A stretch of DNA of 64,000 nucleotides from a candidate division FCPU426 bacterium. Its GTDB lineage: Bacteria; Oederibacteriota; PGYV01; Palsa-1178. The notes under the pieces were generated by a model. It did no database searches and was not told where the DNA came from. It saw only the letters and a program-made list of their open reading frames with translations. This document shows, in pieces, positions 47,102 to 58,700 of the stretch; position 1 is the first letter of the stretch, and each line of letters starts with the position of its first letter. The DNA lies in contig CAWIXE010000002.1 in assembly GCA_963840035.1 (NCBI GenBank), positions 704,001-768,000 on the forward strand, read 5' to 3'. Both the position numbers and the translations under genes were made by a program.

Positions 47102-49525
47102 ATGGCAAAAAAAGCGAATTCAAAGGACAGATTAAAAAAGCTGATAAGCAAAGGGCTCGTCATTCTTGACGGCTCCACCGGTGTGGCGCTGCAAAAGCGC
47201 GGGATGCCAAAGGGCGCATGCCCTGAGAAATGGGCGCTGGAGAATCCCAAACACCTGATGGAACTCCAGAAGGAATACCTGCTCTCCGGGACACAGATAC
47301 TATACACGTTTACCCTGGGCGGCACGCGGATAAAACTTGATGAATTCGGCATGGGCAGCGAGACTTTAAGGATAAATGAGGGGCTTGCCAGGCTTTCTAA
47401 AAAAGTAGCGGGCACAAAAGCCCTCGTGGCCGGGGATATAGGGCCGACAGGGCGTTTTCCAAAGCCTTTTGGCGATATGCCTTTTGAAGAGTGTATAAAT
47501 ATTTATAAGGAACAGGTCAAAGGGCTTTTAAAAGGCGGCGTGGACCTTTTTGTCATAGAGACCATGATTGACATACAGGAGACAAGGGCGGCCCTGCTCG
47601 CGGTCAAGGAAAGCTGCGATAAGCCGGTTATTGTCTCCATGACCTTTGATAAAGATATGAGGACGCTTACCGGGACCGATCCTGTCTCGGCACTTATCAC
47701 GCTGCAGTCGCTGGGCGCGGATGTAGTGGGCGTGAACTGCTCCACAGGCCCGGCAGAGATGGTCAAAGTCATAAAAATGATGAAGCCTTACGCGAAAGTG
47801 CCGCTAATGGCAAAACCGAACGCGGGACTGCCGAGGCTCTTAGACGGGCAGACTGTTTTTGACATGGACGCGAAATCATTCGCCTCACATACAAAGGCTT
47901 TCTTAAGCGCCGGATGCAATATGCTCGGCGGCTGCTGCGGCACAAGCCCGGCGTATATTGCCAGCATGGTATTGAGCGCGGGCAGGACAAAGCCGGCAAA
48001 AACGGAGATCATTGGCACAAGCTGCCTGACTTCAGCGAGAAAAACCGTTTTTATTTCACCGGATATTCCCGTGACTATAATCGGCGAGCGGATAAACCCG
48101 ACCGGAAAAAAGCAGCTGCAGGAAGAACTTAAAGCAGGAAAGACCGAGGAAGTCAGAAAATTCGCGGTAGAGCAGGCGGAAAAGGGCGCCCTGGTGCTGG
48201 ATGTAAATGTCGGCATGCCCGGCATTAACGAGAGGGAGACCATGATAAAGATAGTGGAGATGCTGGGCTCCCTAAGCGACCTGCCGCTTTGCCTGGATTC
48301 GTCTTCACCGGATGTCATTGAAGCGGCTTTGCGCGTCTATCCGGGAAGGGCGCTGATAAATTCAATTTCAGGCGAGCCGGAAAAGATGAAACGCATGCTT
48401 CCCATCGCGGCAAAATACGGCGCCATGTTCATATTGCTGCCGCTTGGCGGAAAAGGCGTGCCGGCCACCGCGAAAGAACGCATTGCCATAATCGGCAAAG
48501 TGGCTGCGGAATCAAAAAAATACGGCTTCACCTCAAAAGATATTGTGATAGACGGGCTTGTGATGACGGTATCATCTGATCAGAAAGCAGCCGGGGAAAC
48601 ATTAAAGCTCATAGAATGGGCGGGAACTAACGGATATAACTCGGCCGTCGGCCTTTCAAATGTGTCCTTCGGCCTGCCCGAGCGCGCGTATGTCAACGCC
48701 GCGTTCCTGGCCATGGCTGTCAACAGGGGCCTTACCATGGCCATTGCCAACCCGTCGCTTGACCTGCTTATGAACGTAAAAGCCGCGGCTGATGTCCTGA
48801 CGGCAAAAGACAGGAACAGCGAGAATTACATAAAACGCTTCTCGTCAGTTGCGGCGCATCCGTCAGGGCTTAAAGCGGGGCCTAAGGGGGCAATTGACAA
48901 CCTGCAGGCTGTGCATGAAGCCGTCATCGGCGGCAATGCGGAGTCGATACAGGAGCATATACAGGCGTCATTAAAGGAAGGCAACAAGCCAAAAGACATC
49001 GTTGACCTGATACTTATACCGGCAATCTCGCAGGTGGGCGACCTGTATGAGAAAAAAACATATTTTTTGCCGCAGTTAATCGCGAGCGCCGACGCCATGA
49101 AAGCGGCTTTCAAAATACTTGAACCCCTGCTGGCGCTGGAGCCGGGTAAAAAAGAAAAAAAGACCGCCATTGTCGTGGCGACGGTAAAAGGCGATATTCA
49201 TGACATAGGCAAGAACATAGTGGCGCTCATGCTTAAAAATTACGGGTTTGACGTCATTGACCTTGGCAAGGACGTGGACGAGTTCGCCATAATCCGCGCC
49301 ATAAAGGATTCAGGCGCTAAGATAGCGGCATTATCGGCGCTTATGACTACGACCATGGTGGAAATGAAGACGGTGATTGCCCTTGCAAAAAAACAGGGGA
49401 TAAAATGCAAGTTCATGGTTGGCGGGGCTGTTGTGACAGAAAGTTTCGCGAAGGAAATAGGCGCGGACGGGTATTCAAAAGACGCGTATGAGGCTGTAAA
49501 GACGGCAAGAAAGCTGGCTGAGTAA
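47102..49525 (+). CDS. metH: Cobalamin-dependent methionine synthase lacking the activation domain
   Basis: ILDG, GVNCS, GGCCGT, IGERINPTGKK, SNVSFGLP, GDIHDIGKN. Confidence 0.95.
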   Translation: MAKKANSKDRLKKLISKGLVILDGSTGVALQKRGMPKGACPEKWALENPKHLMELQKEYLLSGTQILYTFTLGGTRIKLDEFGMGSETLRINEGLARLSKKVAGTKALVAGDIGPTGRFPKPFGDMPFEECINIYKEQVKGLLKGGVDLFVIETMIDIQETRAALLAVKESCDKPVIVSMTFDKDMRTLTGTDPVSALITLQSLGADVVGVNCSTGPAEMVKVIKMMKPYAKVPLMAKPNAGLPRLLDGQTVFDMDAKSFASHTKAFLSAGCNMLGGCCGTSPAYIASMVLSAGRTKPAKTEIIGTSCLTSARKTVFISPDIPVTIIGERINPTGKKQLQEELKAGKTEEVRKFAVEQAEKGALVLDVNVGMPGINERETMIKIVEMLGSLSDLPLCLDSSSPDVIEAALRVYPGRALINSISGEPEKMKRMLPIAAKYGAMFILLPLGGKGVPATAKERIAIIGKVAAESKKYGFTSKDIVIDGLVMTVSSDQKAAGETLKLIEWAGTNGYNSAVGLSNVSFGLPERAYVNAAFLAMAVNRGLTMAIANPSLDLLMNVKAAADVLTAKDRNSENYIKRFSSVAAHPSGLKAGPKGAIDNLQAVHEAVIGGNAESIQEHIQASLKEGNKPKDIVDLILIPAISQVGDLYEKKTYFLPQLIASADAMKAAFKILEPLLALEPGKKEKKTAIVVATVKGDIHDIGKNIVALMLKNYGFDVIDLGKDVDEFAIIRAIKDSGAKIAALSALMTTTMVEMKTVIALAKKQGIKCKFMVGGAVVTESFAKEIGADGYSKDAYEAVKTARKLAE

Positions 49526-49572
49526 GTATTCTGATCCTATCATGTATTTAACATATAACTTAGGGGGGGCAT

Positions 49573-50133
49573 ATGGCTTTAAAAATTCTCGGCATCTGCG
49601 GCAGCCTGCGTGAAGGCTCGTATAACAGGAAGCTTCTTAAGATAGCTGAAGGCATAGTAAAAAATGCGGGGGAAGAATACGCGGAGTTTGACATTAAAGA
49701 GTCCGGCATCCCGGTTTATAACGGCGACATTGAAGACAAGGGAACACCTGAAAGCGTGGCGTCATTGAAAACTGCTGTCGAATCATCCGACGTGGTGCTT
49801 TTCGCGCTACCTGAATATAACCATTCAATACCCGGCGGATTAAAGAACGCCATTGACTGGGCTTCGCGATGCGGCGGAAACTCATGGGGAGGCAAAGTCG
49901 CGGCCATATTTGGCGCTTCAACAGGGCCTTTCGGCACGGTCAGGAGCCAGCTTGCCATAAGGCAGTCATTTTTGACCCTTAACATACTCGCGCTTCCGTC
50001 ACCGCAGGTGTTTGTCCCGAACGCTTCAGCGGCTTTCAATGACGACGGCTCGCTGAAGGAAAAAAAGACATTTGATTCCCTGAAAAAACTCATTGAAGCG
50101 ACCCTTGCAGAGGCAAAAAAAAGGAAAGCGTAA
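49573..50133 (+). CDS. NADPH-dependent FMN reductase
   Basis: GSLREGSYN, PEYNHSIPGGLKNAIDWASR. Confidence 0.93.
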   Translation: MALKILGICGSLREGSYNRKLLKIAEGIVKNAGEEYAEFDIKESGIPVYNGDIEDKGTPESVASLKTAVESSDVVLFALPEYNHSIPGGLKNAIDWASRCGGNSWGGKVAAIFGASTGPFGTVRSQLAIRQSFLTLNILALPSPQVFVPNASAAFNDDGSLKEKKTFDSLKKLIEATLAEAKKRKA

Positions 50134-50139
50134 ACATAT

Positions 50140-51246
50140 TTGAAAAGAATATACGGTTTCATAAAAGAAGAAACATTCCTCTTCATCCTGATAATTCTGT
50201 TCATATTTCTTACGGCTTTAATGCCGGGATACATGCAGCATTACCATGAATTCATCGGCTGGAAAACCATAGTGCTTCTTTTATCCCTTATCATGGTTGC
50301 CACCGGCATTAAACAGAGCGGTTACCTTGATAAATTGGCGCGTCATTTGCTCTCCGGAATAAAGGATGAGAGGGTGCTCGCGGGCTTCATGGCGGGGTTG
50401 TCAGCGCTGCTTTCAATGTTTTTGACCAACGATATTACCTTATTCATCGTGGTCCCCGTCACGGTAGCTATGCAGAAAGTATTAAAAAATGACCTTGTAA
50501 AAGTTGTGATTTTTGAAGCCGTAGCTGTTAATGTGGGTTCAACTTTAACCCCTATAGGAAACCCGCAGAATATTTTTATATGGAACGGATGGGGCATTTC
50601 ATTCGCTTCTTTTATGGTAAAAATGGCGCTTCCGTCAGCTGTTATGGCCGCGGCGCTTTTTCTTTTTATTTTCTTTACTGTAAAGCCGCGCGCGCTGCAT
50701 TTTAATATGGAGCATGGCGGAATAAAACAGGACAAAAAACTCGGGCTGGTGTCATTTGCCCTTATGGCGTGTTTTCTTGTTTCGCTGCAGTTTAAGGCCG
50801 GGGCGTACGCGCTGCCGGTTATTGCCGCGGTGTATTTTATCTTTTATAAAAAAGTCCTGGCTGATGTGGACTGGCTGCTTATACTCACGTTTATAATTAT
50901 GTTTATTGATTTTTCACTGTTGGCAAAAGTGCCGTTTATGATATCGCTTGTTTCCTTATTTAATATGAATAATCCTAAAGATGTATATCTCGCGTCGGCT
51001 TTGGTTTCGCAGTTCATTTCAAATGTCCCCGCGGCGATATTTATGTCCAAGTTTTCAGGTAACTGGCAGGCTATTGCTTACGGCGTTGATTTAGCCGGCA
51101 ACGGCACTGTCGTAGGGTCGCTTGCAAATATAATAGCTTTAAGGCTTCTTAATTCAAAAAAGCAAGGGCTGTTGTTGGAGTTTCATAAGTATTCAATACC
51201 GTTTTTTATTTTGACCGCGCTTGTAGTCTGGCTGGTTGTGGTATAA
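50140..51246 (+). CDS. ArsB/NhaD/SLC13-type anion transporter (YbiR-like)
   Basis: LTND, NVGSTLTPIGNPQN, SQFISNVPA, GSLANIIA. Confidence 0.88.
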   Translation: MKRIYGFIKEETFLFILIILFIFLTALMPGYMQHYHEFIGWKTIVLLLSLIMVATGIKQSGYLDKLARHLLSGIKDERVLAGFMAGLSALLSMFLTNDITLFIVVPVTVAMQKVLKNDLVKVVIFEAVAVNVGSTLTPIGNPQNIFIWNGWGISFASFMVKMALPSAVMAAALFLFIFFTVKPRALHFNMEHGGIKQDKKLGLVSFALMACFLVSLQFKAGAYALPVIAAVYFIFYKKVLADVDWLLILTFIIMFIDFSLLAKVPFMISLVSLFNMNNPKDVYLASALVSQFISNVPAAIFMSKFSGNWQAIAYGVDLAGNGTVVGSLANIIALRLLNSKKQGLLLEFHKYSIPFFILTALVVWLVVV

Positions 51247-51256
51247 TTATTGTAAT

Positions 51257-51318
51257 GTAGCGGCAGCATTATATGCTGCCGGCCTTTAATGCACGGGCGC
51301 ATATAATGCGCCCGCTAC
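51257..51318. repeat. GTAG REP doublet
   Basis: GTAGCGGCAGCATTATATGCTGCCG ... CGGGCGCATATAATGCGCCCGCTAC. Confidence 0.85.
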
Positions 51319-51350
51319 AGGAGCTAAATGCTTACTGCGGAGGGAGTACC

Positions 51351-52358
51351 ATGAAAAACTTCACTGAAATAGGCGTAAGTTATTTTTCGAACAGGCACTT
51401 AAACCATTTTGTTGCCGATTTAAAGTCCCTTAAAAAAGACGGTTTTAATTCCATTTTGCATACATTTTCCGAGGAAGACCTCATGTACAGCAGCGAAAAT
51501 GTAAAGGATATGGTAAAGGCGGGCCGTGATTATGGGTTTAAGACTTGGATAGACCCCTGGGCAGTCGGCAGGGTCTTTGGCGGGGAATCATTTTCAAACT
51601 TCCTGCTTGAAAATACTACGGCCTGGCAGGTGCTCTCAAACGGAAAAAAAATACCGGCAGCGTGCCTTAATAACCCGGTCTTCAGGAAATTTATGAAAGA
51701 GTGGGCCGACGCGGCCATAGACATGGGTGTGGACGCGGTACTCTGGGATGAACCGCATTTCCAGGTAAAAAAATCAGGCAATAAGACAGCGTGGGCGTGC
51801 AGGTGCCCTTATTGCAGGGAAGCGTATGAAATCGAGAACCTGAAAGCCATGCCGGTCTTTAAGATGGACTTAAGCGTGATAAAATTCCGCGAAAATTCCG
51901 TAAAGAGATTTGTATCCGACATGAGCGCGTATATAAAGGACAAATCGCGCGGAAAAATAAAGATATCAGTGGTGCTTTTGACATCGGTGAGCGACATACA
52001 GCGGAGCGCTACGTTTGAGTCGATGGCGGGAATAAAGCAGGTCGATTCCCTCGGGGTTGACCCGTATTGGTACTGGATGAAAGGCAAAACTGACGTATAC
52101 TCGCAGAACTATACAGCCGCGTCCAGAATCAATGAAATCTGCGCCATGGCTGGCAAAGAACCGCATTTCTGGCTTCAGGGTTTTGGGTATAAAAAAGGAA
52201 AAGAAGCCCAGGCATTACAGGCAATCAAAGCCGCGAAAGACGCGGGCATCAAAAACCTGTGGGTCTGGGGTTATAAAGGCGGAGAAATGATGTCGTCTTT
52301 ATCAAGCGACAGGCCTGATGTTGTGTGGAAGACGGTTTTAAAAGGAATTTTCAAATGA
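51351..52358 (+). CDS. Putative glycoside-hydrolase-like TIM-barrel protein
   Basis: GVSYF, WDEPH, CRCPYC (GH42-like Cys cluster), DPYW, WLQGF; no signal peptide. Confidence 0.55.
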   Translation: MKNFTEIGVSYFSNRHLNHFVADLKSLKKDGFNSILHTFSEEDLMYSSENVKDMVKAGRDYGFKTWIDPWAVGRVFGGESFSNFLLENTTAWQVLSNGKKIPAACLNNPVFRKFMKEWADAAIDMGVDAVLWDEPHFQVKKSGNKTAWACRCPYCREAYEIENLKAMPVFKMDLSVIKFRENSVKRFVSDMSAYIKDKSRGKIKISVVLLTSVSDIQRSATFESMAGIKQVDSLGVDPYWYWMKGKTDVYSQNYTAASRINEICAMAGKEPHFWLQGFGYKKGKEAQALQAIKAAKDAGIKNLWVWGYKGGEMMSSLSSDRPDVVWKTVLKGIFK

Positions 52359-52373
52359 TAATACCAATTACTA

Positions 52374-53531
52374 ATGACTAATATAATAATAGCCGCAGAT
52401 AACAGCACATTAAATGATGCTATAAAACTTTCGGAAGATGTTTTCAAGTCAAAATTCATGTCCGGGCTCACCCTAAAAGAAGACGGGTTTAAACCTTCCA
52501 ATGTCAGGCTGTTATATCATGGGGCAAAACTTGCCAGTTCAATCACCGTGATACCGCGTGAAATGTACTTTGACGGCGTGTTCATGCCTTTAGCCGGTAT
52601 AGGCGGTGTGGCAACCTCTCCAGAGTGCAGAGGAAAGGGATACGCCAACTCGCTCATGAAAGACGCCATAAAGTATATGGCGGAGGAAGGATATGGGCTT
52701 TCTGTCCTGTATCCTTTTAAGGCGGATTATTACGCGCGTTTTGGCTACAGGGAAATACTCACCCCGCACAAAATAATCAATAAAGAAATGGCGGCTGATC
52801 CCGGGGAATATGTCATAAAGAATGTTTCCGCGAGGGATTTCGCCGCTTTAAATAATATTTATGAGCGTTTTTCAGCGGGAAAAACCGGTATGGTAAGAAG
52901 GAACCTTAATTACTGGAGAAATACGACAGGCTTCAGAAAAGGGGAGTACCGGATAACAGGCGCATTTTATAAAAACAAGCTGTCTGCGTATGCCGTGATA
53001 AGCCCGCTACAGAAGGCCTGGACCGAAAATCCCTGCGCAATGAAGTTAATCGAGTTTGGATGCCTCTTTGGCCATGAATCCGCGTCAAAAGCCCTGTTAA
53101 ACGCCGCGCTCACAGCCGCCCGCGAAAATGGATTTAACGCGATTTTTTATGATGATTGCCGGGCTATGGAAGCGTTCCCGGGAAGAAAGCCTGACGCCGC
53201 GCAGACAAAACAATATAAGAATTTAAAGCAGATAAAAATGTTCAGGATATGCAATTTTAAAGTTTTTATGAAGATACTCTCGGAACTTTTTGCCGGCAGA
53301 ATGAGAAAAGCCGGGGCAAAAGGCGCCTGGAATGATTATCTTGCAATATCCCGTGATGTAAGAGAACTGCAGCCTGTTGTTACTGTGAGGCTGATTAAGG
53401 AAAAGAAAATAATGCGGTTTGATGAGGGTGATTTCCTGAAATTGGCGCTGGGTTATAAAGCGGGCAAGGGTGTATTAAAATTTTTTTTCCCGGCTTTAAG
53501 GCCTGTGTTTTGGGATTTTGATTACCTGTAA
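52374..53531 (+). CDS. Eis-like GNAT acetyltransferase
   Basis: GIGGVATSPECRGKGYA, LYPF..DYYARFGY. Confidence 0.85.
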   Translation: MTNIIIAADNSTLNDAIKLSEDVFKSKFMSGLTLKEDGFKPSNVRLLYHGAKLASSITVIPREMYFDGVFMPLAGIGGVATSPECRGKGYANSLMKDAIKYMAEEGYGLSVLYPFKADYYARFGYREILTPHKIINKEMAADPGEYVIKNVSARDFAALNNIYERFSAGKTGMVRRNLNYWRNTTGFRKGEYRITGAFYKNKLSAYAVISPLQKAWTENPCAMKLIEFGCLFGHESASKALLNAALTAARENGFNAIFYDDCRAMEAFPGRKPDAAQTKQYKNLKQIKMFRICNFKVFMKILSELFAGRMRKAGAKGAWNDYLAISRDVRELQPVVTVRLIKEKKIMRFDEGDFLKLALGYKAGKGVLKFFFPALRPVFWDFDYL

Positions 53532-53593
53532 TGGTTTTACCGCAACTTTTGCCATATAACATTGTCATATTATAAACTAAAACAGGGGGACTT

Positions 53594-54460
53594 ATGGTTA
53601 AAAAATTGCTAATTTTGGTTTCTGTAGCGTTGATAAGTATTTCATGTTCCAAACAAAATCCGGCATCGCCGAATGTCTGGGAAGCCGGGGCGCTGAATAC
53701 GGCTGCGCCGTCAACTGTCACGAAACTTGTCTTCATCCACCACTCGGTGGGCGGATATCTAATGGCCACCGGCAACGGAAATATGGGCGCAGGGCTAAAT
53801 ACCAATAACTACTATGTCTCAGAAACCAATTATGGGTGGAGTGCGCCTCTTGATACCGGCTGTACCGGGCTGGCGCCTATCGGCTCCAATACAAATACAG
53901 GCGACTGGCTATGCTGGTTTAATGACACTACCATGCCTACTGTATACGCTAACACTTCACATTCTGATTATCCGTCAAACACCATGTCTGACCCGGGCGG
54001 TTCAAACGCCGTTATTATGTTCAAGTCGTGTTATCCCAACAGTGAAGTTGACACTTCAATTGATGATGAAAAAGCCATATACAATTCGATGCTGACATAC
54101 TTCGCGGCGCATCAGGATAAGATGTTTGTATTGCTGATACCGCCGCCGGAAATAATTATAAGCAGCGCCGCTTTGACCAGGGAGCTGTCAAACTGGCTTG
54201 CGAACAGGGAAACAGGCTGGCTATCGGCTTACGGCCACAATAATGTCTACACTTTTGACCTGTATAATGTATTAACACACCCGGATAACCATCACTGGGT
54301 TAAAAATGGAAAAGAAGAGCACATAGTAGCAAACAGCCAGAATACGTTGTATTATTATTCCGGTTCGGACGACCATCCGACAAGCGCCGGCACCCAAAAG
54401 GCCACGGCCGAGTTCCTGCCGCTTTTAAACGGCTGGTACAATAAGTGGAAAGGTATTTAA
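53594..54460 (+). CDS. Lipoprotein, SGNH-hydrolase-like
   Basis: Lipobox ISIS-C; FIHHSVG, MFKSCYP, DDHPT. Confidence 0.6.
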   Translation: MVKKLLILVSVALISISCSKQNPASPNVWEAGALNTAAPSTVTKLVFIHHSVGGYLMATGNGNMGAGLNTNNYYVSETNYGWSAPLDTGCTGLAPIGSNTNTGDWLCWFNDTTMPTVYANTSHSDYPSNTMSDPGGSNAVIMFKSCYPNSEVDTSIDDEKAIYNSMLTYFAAHQDKMFVLLIPPPEIIISSAALTRELSNWLANRETGWLSAYGHNNVYTFDLYNVLTHPDNHHWVKNGKEEHIVANSQNTLYYYSGSDDHPTSAGTQKATAEFLPLLNGWYNKWKGI

Positions 54461-54547
54461 ATACAATTTACGATTAATAATTAAATGAAAAATGTCTTTT
54501 AATGGCAAGTTGTAAATAGTATATTTTCATCTTACTACCCCAATATA

Positions 54548-54593
54548 TTGACTAAATTGGACATTTCTGTTATAGTCAGGTAAACGTGAACCT
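54548..54593 (+). promoter_or_regulatory. LacI-gene promoter and probable operator
   Basis: TTGACT-17bp-TATAGT followed by the CG-centred palindrome AGGTAAACGTGAACCT (54578-54593). Confidence 0.7.
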
Positions 54594-54620
54594 AAATATA
54601 TTTATCTGAACGGGGAATAT

Positions 54621-55607
54621 GTGAAAAGGACAACAATCAAGGATGTAGCGAAAAAAGCCGGTGTAACACATGTGACGGTTTCCAAAGTGATTAACAATAA
54701 AGGCAGCATAAGCGAAAAGACGAAAAAACGTATATTTGAAGCCATTGAAAAACTGGATTATCATCCAAATTCAGCCGCCCGAAACCTTGTAAAAGGCTCC
54801 ACTAACAACATCGCTGTCATAGAGCCCGGGTTTACCGGATTTCCGGCCACCATAATAGCCGGGGCCCAGGAGGCAAACTGTTCTTCGGTATATGACCTTA
54901 ATCTTTATTCCTCGCGCGCGACAGGCGAGGGCGCGGTCAATATTTTCAGGAAGATCCTCAATGAAAAAAACGCGGACGCGGTAATAGTCATATCCATCGG
55001 CATTGATGATTCAATTCTTGCAGAATACAAAAAGTCAGCCATTCCGGTAATACTCATAGAGACCGAATCCAAAGGCGCCAGTTCAATACTGGCGGATAAT
55101 GAAAGAGGCGCTTTTATCGCGACTGATTTCCTGCTTAAAAAAGGCAGGAGAAAAATAGGCTTAATAGCCGGGGACCTGAAAAACACCAGGCCGCAGATTG
55201 AAAGGTACAGGGGTTATGTAAATGCACTTAAGGCGGCGGGGCTTGAACCGGATAAAGACCTTATATTTAAAACTGCAAGTTATCTTTACAATGACGGCAA
55301 AGAAGCTTTTCATCAGCTGCGCAGCAAAGGCGCTGACGCCATATTTTCAATAGCCGGAGATATACTGGCTTTCGGGGCTGTCGACGCGGCCAAGAAATCA
55401 GGGCTGAATTTACCGGGTGATTTTTCCATAATCGGGTTTGACGATGAGTTTATGTCCGAGAACCTGGAACTGACCACTGTAAAACAGCCAATCCACGAAA
55501 TGGGCAAGAAGGCATATGAGCTTGCCGCGCTCTCGGCCGGCAACAAGAAAAGGGAGCCTGAAACCATTGTTTTTCCCACGGAACTTATCGTAAGAGGCAC
55601 GGCATAA
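54621..55607 (+). CDS. LacI family transcriptional regulator
   Basis: TIKDVAKKAGVTHVTVSKVIN, YHPNSAAR, GFDD, LTTVKQP. Confidence 0.95.
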   Translation: MKRTTIKDVAKKAGVTHVTVSKVINNKGSISEKTKKRIFEAIEKLDYHPNSAARNLVKGSTNNIAVIEPGFTGFPATIIAGAQEANCSSVYDLNLYSSRATGEGAVNIFRKILNEKNADAVIVISIGIDDSILAEYKKSAIPVILIETESKGASSILADNERGAFIATDFLLKKGRRKIGLIAGDLKNTRPQIERYRGYVNALKAAGLEPDKDLIFKTASYLYNDGKEAFHQLRSKGADAIFSIAGDILAFGAVDAAKKSGLNLPGDFSIIGFDDEFMSENLELTTVKQPIHEMGKKAYELAALSAGNKKREPETIVFPTELIVRGTA

Positions 55608-55729
55608 AACAAAAACACTCTTCACATAATCAACTTGCATAATTATTTATTTTAGCGTATAAATTAAGGATAATAAGAAACTTTATCTGTTTTGGATTGT
55701 CGAAATAGCATACCAAATGGTGAGGCTAT

Positions 55730-58700
55730 ATGAGAATAAAAGCGGCGGTATTTTTCGAAATCCTTTTGTTAATCTTATTATATAACCTTGCCCATTCCGC
55801 AACCATTACCATTGATGTAACTCAGGAGCGGGCGGCCATATCTCCGCACATATATGGATGCAATATCGCCGGTGATGCCGATAATTCCGCGGAACTAAAC
55901 CTGGCTGGCGACATAAACTGGTCCGCCCGCAGGCAGGGAGGCAACAGATATTCCGCGTATAACTGGGAGATAAATGCCAGCAACGCGGGCGTTGATTACG
56001 GGCCCAACAGCAGCGACCCTTATCTTTGCCAGGCCTATGGTGTTACAGCCTGCGATACTCCCGGTGAAGTCTTAACCAGGTTTCATAACCAGTGCCTGGC
56101 AAGGGGGCAAAGCGACCTCGTTACTGTCCAGCTTGCAGGTTTTGCCGCCGCGGACAAGATATGGAACAATAACGTAACCTCGCCCGGCGTAACCGACTCC
56201 ACATCAGACAGGTTTAAAACCGTAATATCCAAAAAACCAAGCGGCGTATTTGCGCTAAATCCCGATACTTCTGATGAATACGTATACATGGACGAATATG
56301 TAAACTGGATGGTGAATAAGTTCGGCGGCGCCTTAAGCCCCACCGGCGTAAAAATGATATCACTCGACAATGAGCCGACGCTGTGGAAATCAACCCACCC
56401 CATGGTTCACCCTGCGCCTGTGACTTACCTTGAACTCAAGGATGAAAGCATAGCCCTCGCAAAGGCCATAAAGGATGTCGATCCCAACGTGGAGATTTTC
56501 GGCCCCGCTGATTTCGGATGGTCGGGTTTTGTCAATTTAAACAGCGCGGTTGACTCGGCTGCTCAGGGTTCGGGTTATACGGGAACATTTAATTTTCTCG
56601 CGTATTACCTGGATAAGTTCAGGGCCGCTTCGGCAACATATGGAAAAAGGCTTCTGGATGTCCTGGACGTGCACTGGTATCCTGAGGATATGGGCAATAG
56701 CTGCAGGATAGTATACAGCGGCTGCGCTGACCCTTCGACAAGTTCGGACGCGCGCATGCAGGCGCCAAGGTCGTTGTGGGATCCGACTTATAATACAACA
56801 GCATGGATACCAAATCCCGAACAGATGCTTGTCAAAGTGCAGTCGGTTATCGACGCGTATTACGCAGGCACAAAAATTGCGGTCACTGAATATGATTTTG
56901 GCGGGGGAGCTATATATTCCGGAGGCATAGCCCAGGCCGACGCGCTCGGGGTTTTTGGTAAATTCGGCGTTTACGCCGCGTACTGGTGGGATCTCCAGGA
57001 TACAACCGCAAATCCTTACACCCTGGCAGGCGTGAAGTTATACCGCAATTATGACGGCGCAAAATCCACATACGGCGACACTAAAGTAAAAGCAAATACA
57101 AGCGATGTGGCGAATGTGACAGTATACGCATCGCAATTTGCCTCTGATAATTCAAAACTTCATGTAATTTTGATAAATAAGAACGCTTCAGCCCAGGCGG
57201 CAAACATAACCATAGCAGGGCCATATCAGTTCGATTCCGCCAGGGTATGGGGATTTGACAGCGCTTCATCTAACATTACGGAAAGGGCGCAGATACCCTC
57301 CATAACAGGCAATGCTTTCACATATAACATCCCGCCTTACACGGCGATTCATATGGTTTTATCATCATCAATGCTCACCCCGACATATACGCCCACCATA
57401 AACCTGTCAAACACAAGGACGGCCACGCCGACAAATACACCGCTAATAACCTCGTTTTTGCTTGATGACTGCGAGGATGGCAATGGTAAGAATAACTGGA
57501 ACGGCGACTGGTACAACTATGTCAGCAACACATGCACCATTATCCCAGCTTCTTTCTCAATGACCGCGGGTGGCATGCCAGGGTCGTCTAATTACTGCGC
57601 GTCGATGGGCGGGAACATAGTGTCCGGCGGTTACGCCGGGACGGGGACAAATCTCGCTGCGGGTTCAAATGTGCCGGTCGACCTCACAGGTTACACAGGG
57701 GTTGAATTTTACGTAAAGGGGTCGGGCAGCTACTGGTTCCAGCTTACCCAGCCTGCCGGAGACCCTTACGGTAAGGGGTTTACCGCTACATCCACATGGA
57801 CTAAAGTAACGGTTAACTTTGCCTCTGACTTGACCCTGAGATACGGTTCAGGGACATTGACATTAAATTCAATAATCGCATTTCAATGGGCGAATAACGC
57901 CACCGGCGCCTTGGACGTGCAGATAGACGACATAAGACTATTAATGGCGGGAGCGCCATCATCCACAAATACCCCCAATACAACGCCTACATACACACAA
58001 ACCGCGACAAATACCGCCACCCGTACAGTCTCAACTACGCCTACTGGAACGCGGACTCCTACACAAACACAGACAATGACGCCGACTGCCAGCGTATCAG
58101 GAACGCCGTCACAGACAAAAACCGTGACAGCCACGCAAACGCCGTCGCTGACGGAAACGCCGGATGTTCCCGGCAGCACTAACACGCAGACATCGACTTT
58201 TACATCCACCCGCACGTCAACGAACACAAAGACATCCACCCCAACAAATACATTTACAAACACAGGGACTTCCACACCCGATATTTCATCTACGGCGACG
58301 CCTACCGCAACTGATTACGCCGGCTCGCCGACAGATACTCCGACTATTACACAAACACCCACGGACACCGTCTTTATAAGCCCGACAGATACTCCGGTAA
58401 ATACTATCACCGATACCCCGACGCCCGCAAATACAGCGACAGGGACGTGGACGCCTGCACCGAGCGCGACATTTACTCCTTCGCGCACAGTGTCAGTTAC
58501 ACCGACAGCGGTATTAAGCGCTACTAATACTCCGGCATTTACAGCTACCTTCACGCCGACAGATACGGCCCAGGTCAGCGGGACATATACGGCTACCGCA
58601 GAGGGGACGGCTACTTATACTGAAACCGCGGCACAACCGACAAACACCGCCTCACCTGAGGATACGGGAACCTCCACGCCGCTGCCCAGCGCGACAAATA

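Noticed and set aside
46358..49525. Split methionine synthase as a novelty
   Set aside because: Established architecture (Thermotoga TM0268/TM0269 type)
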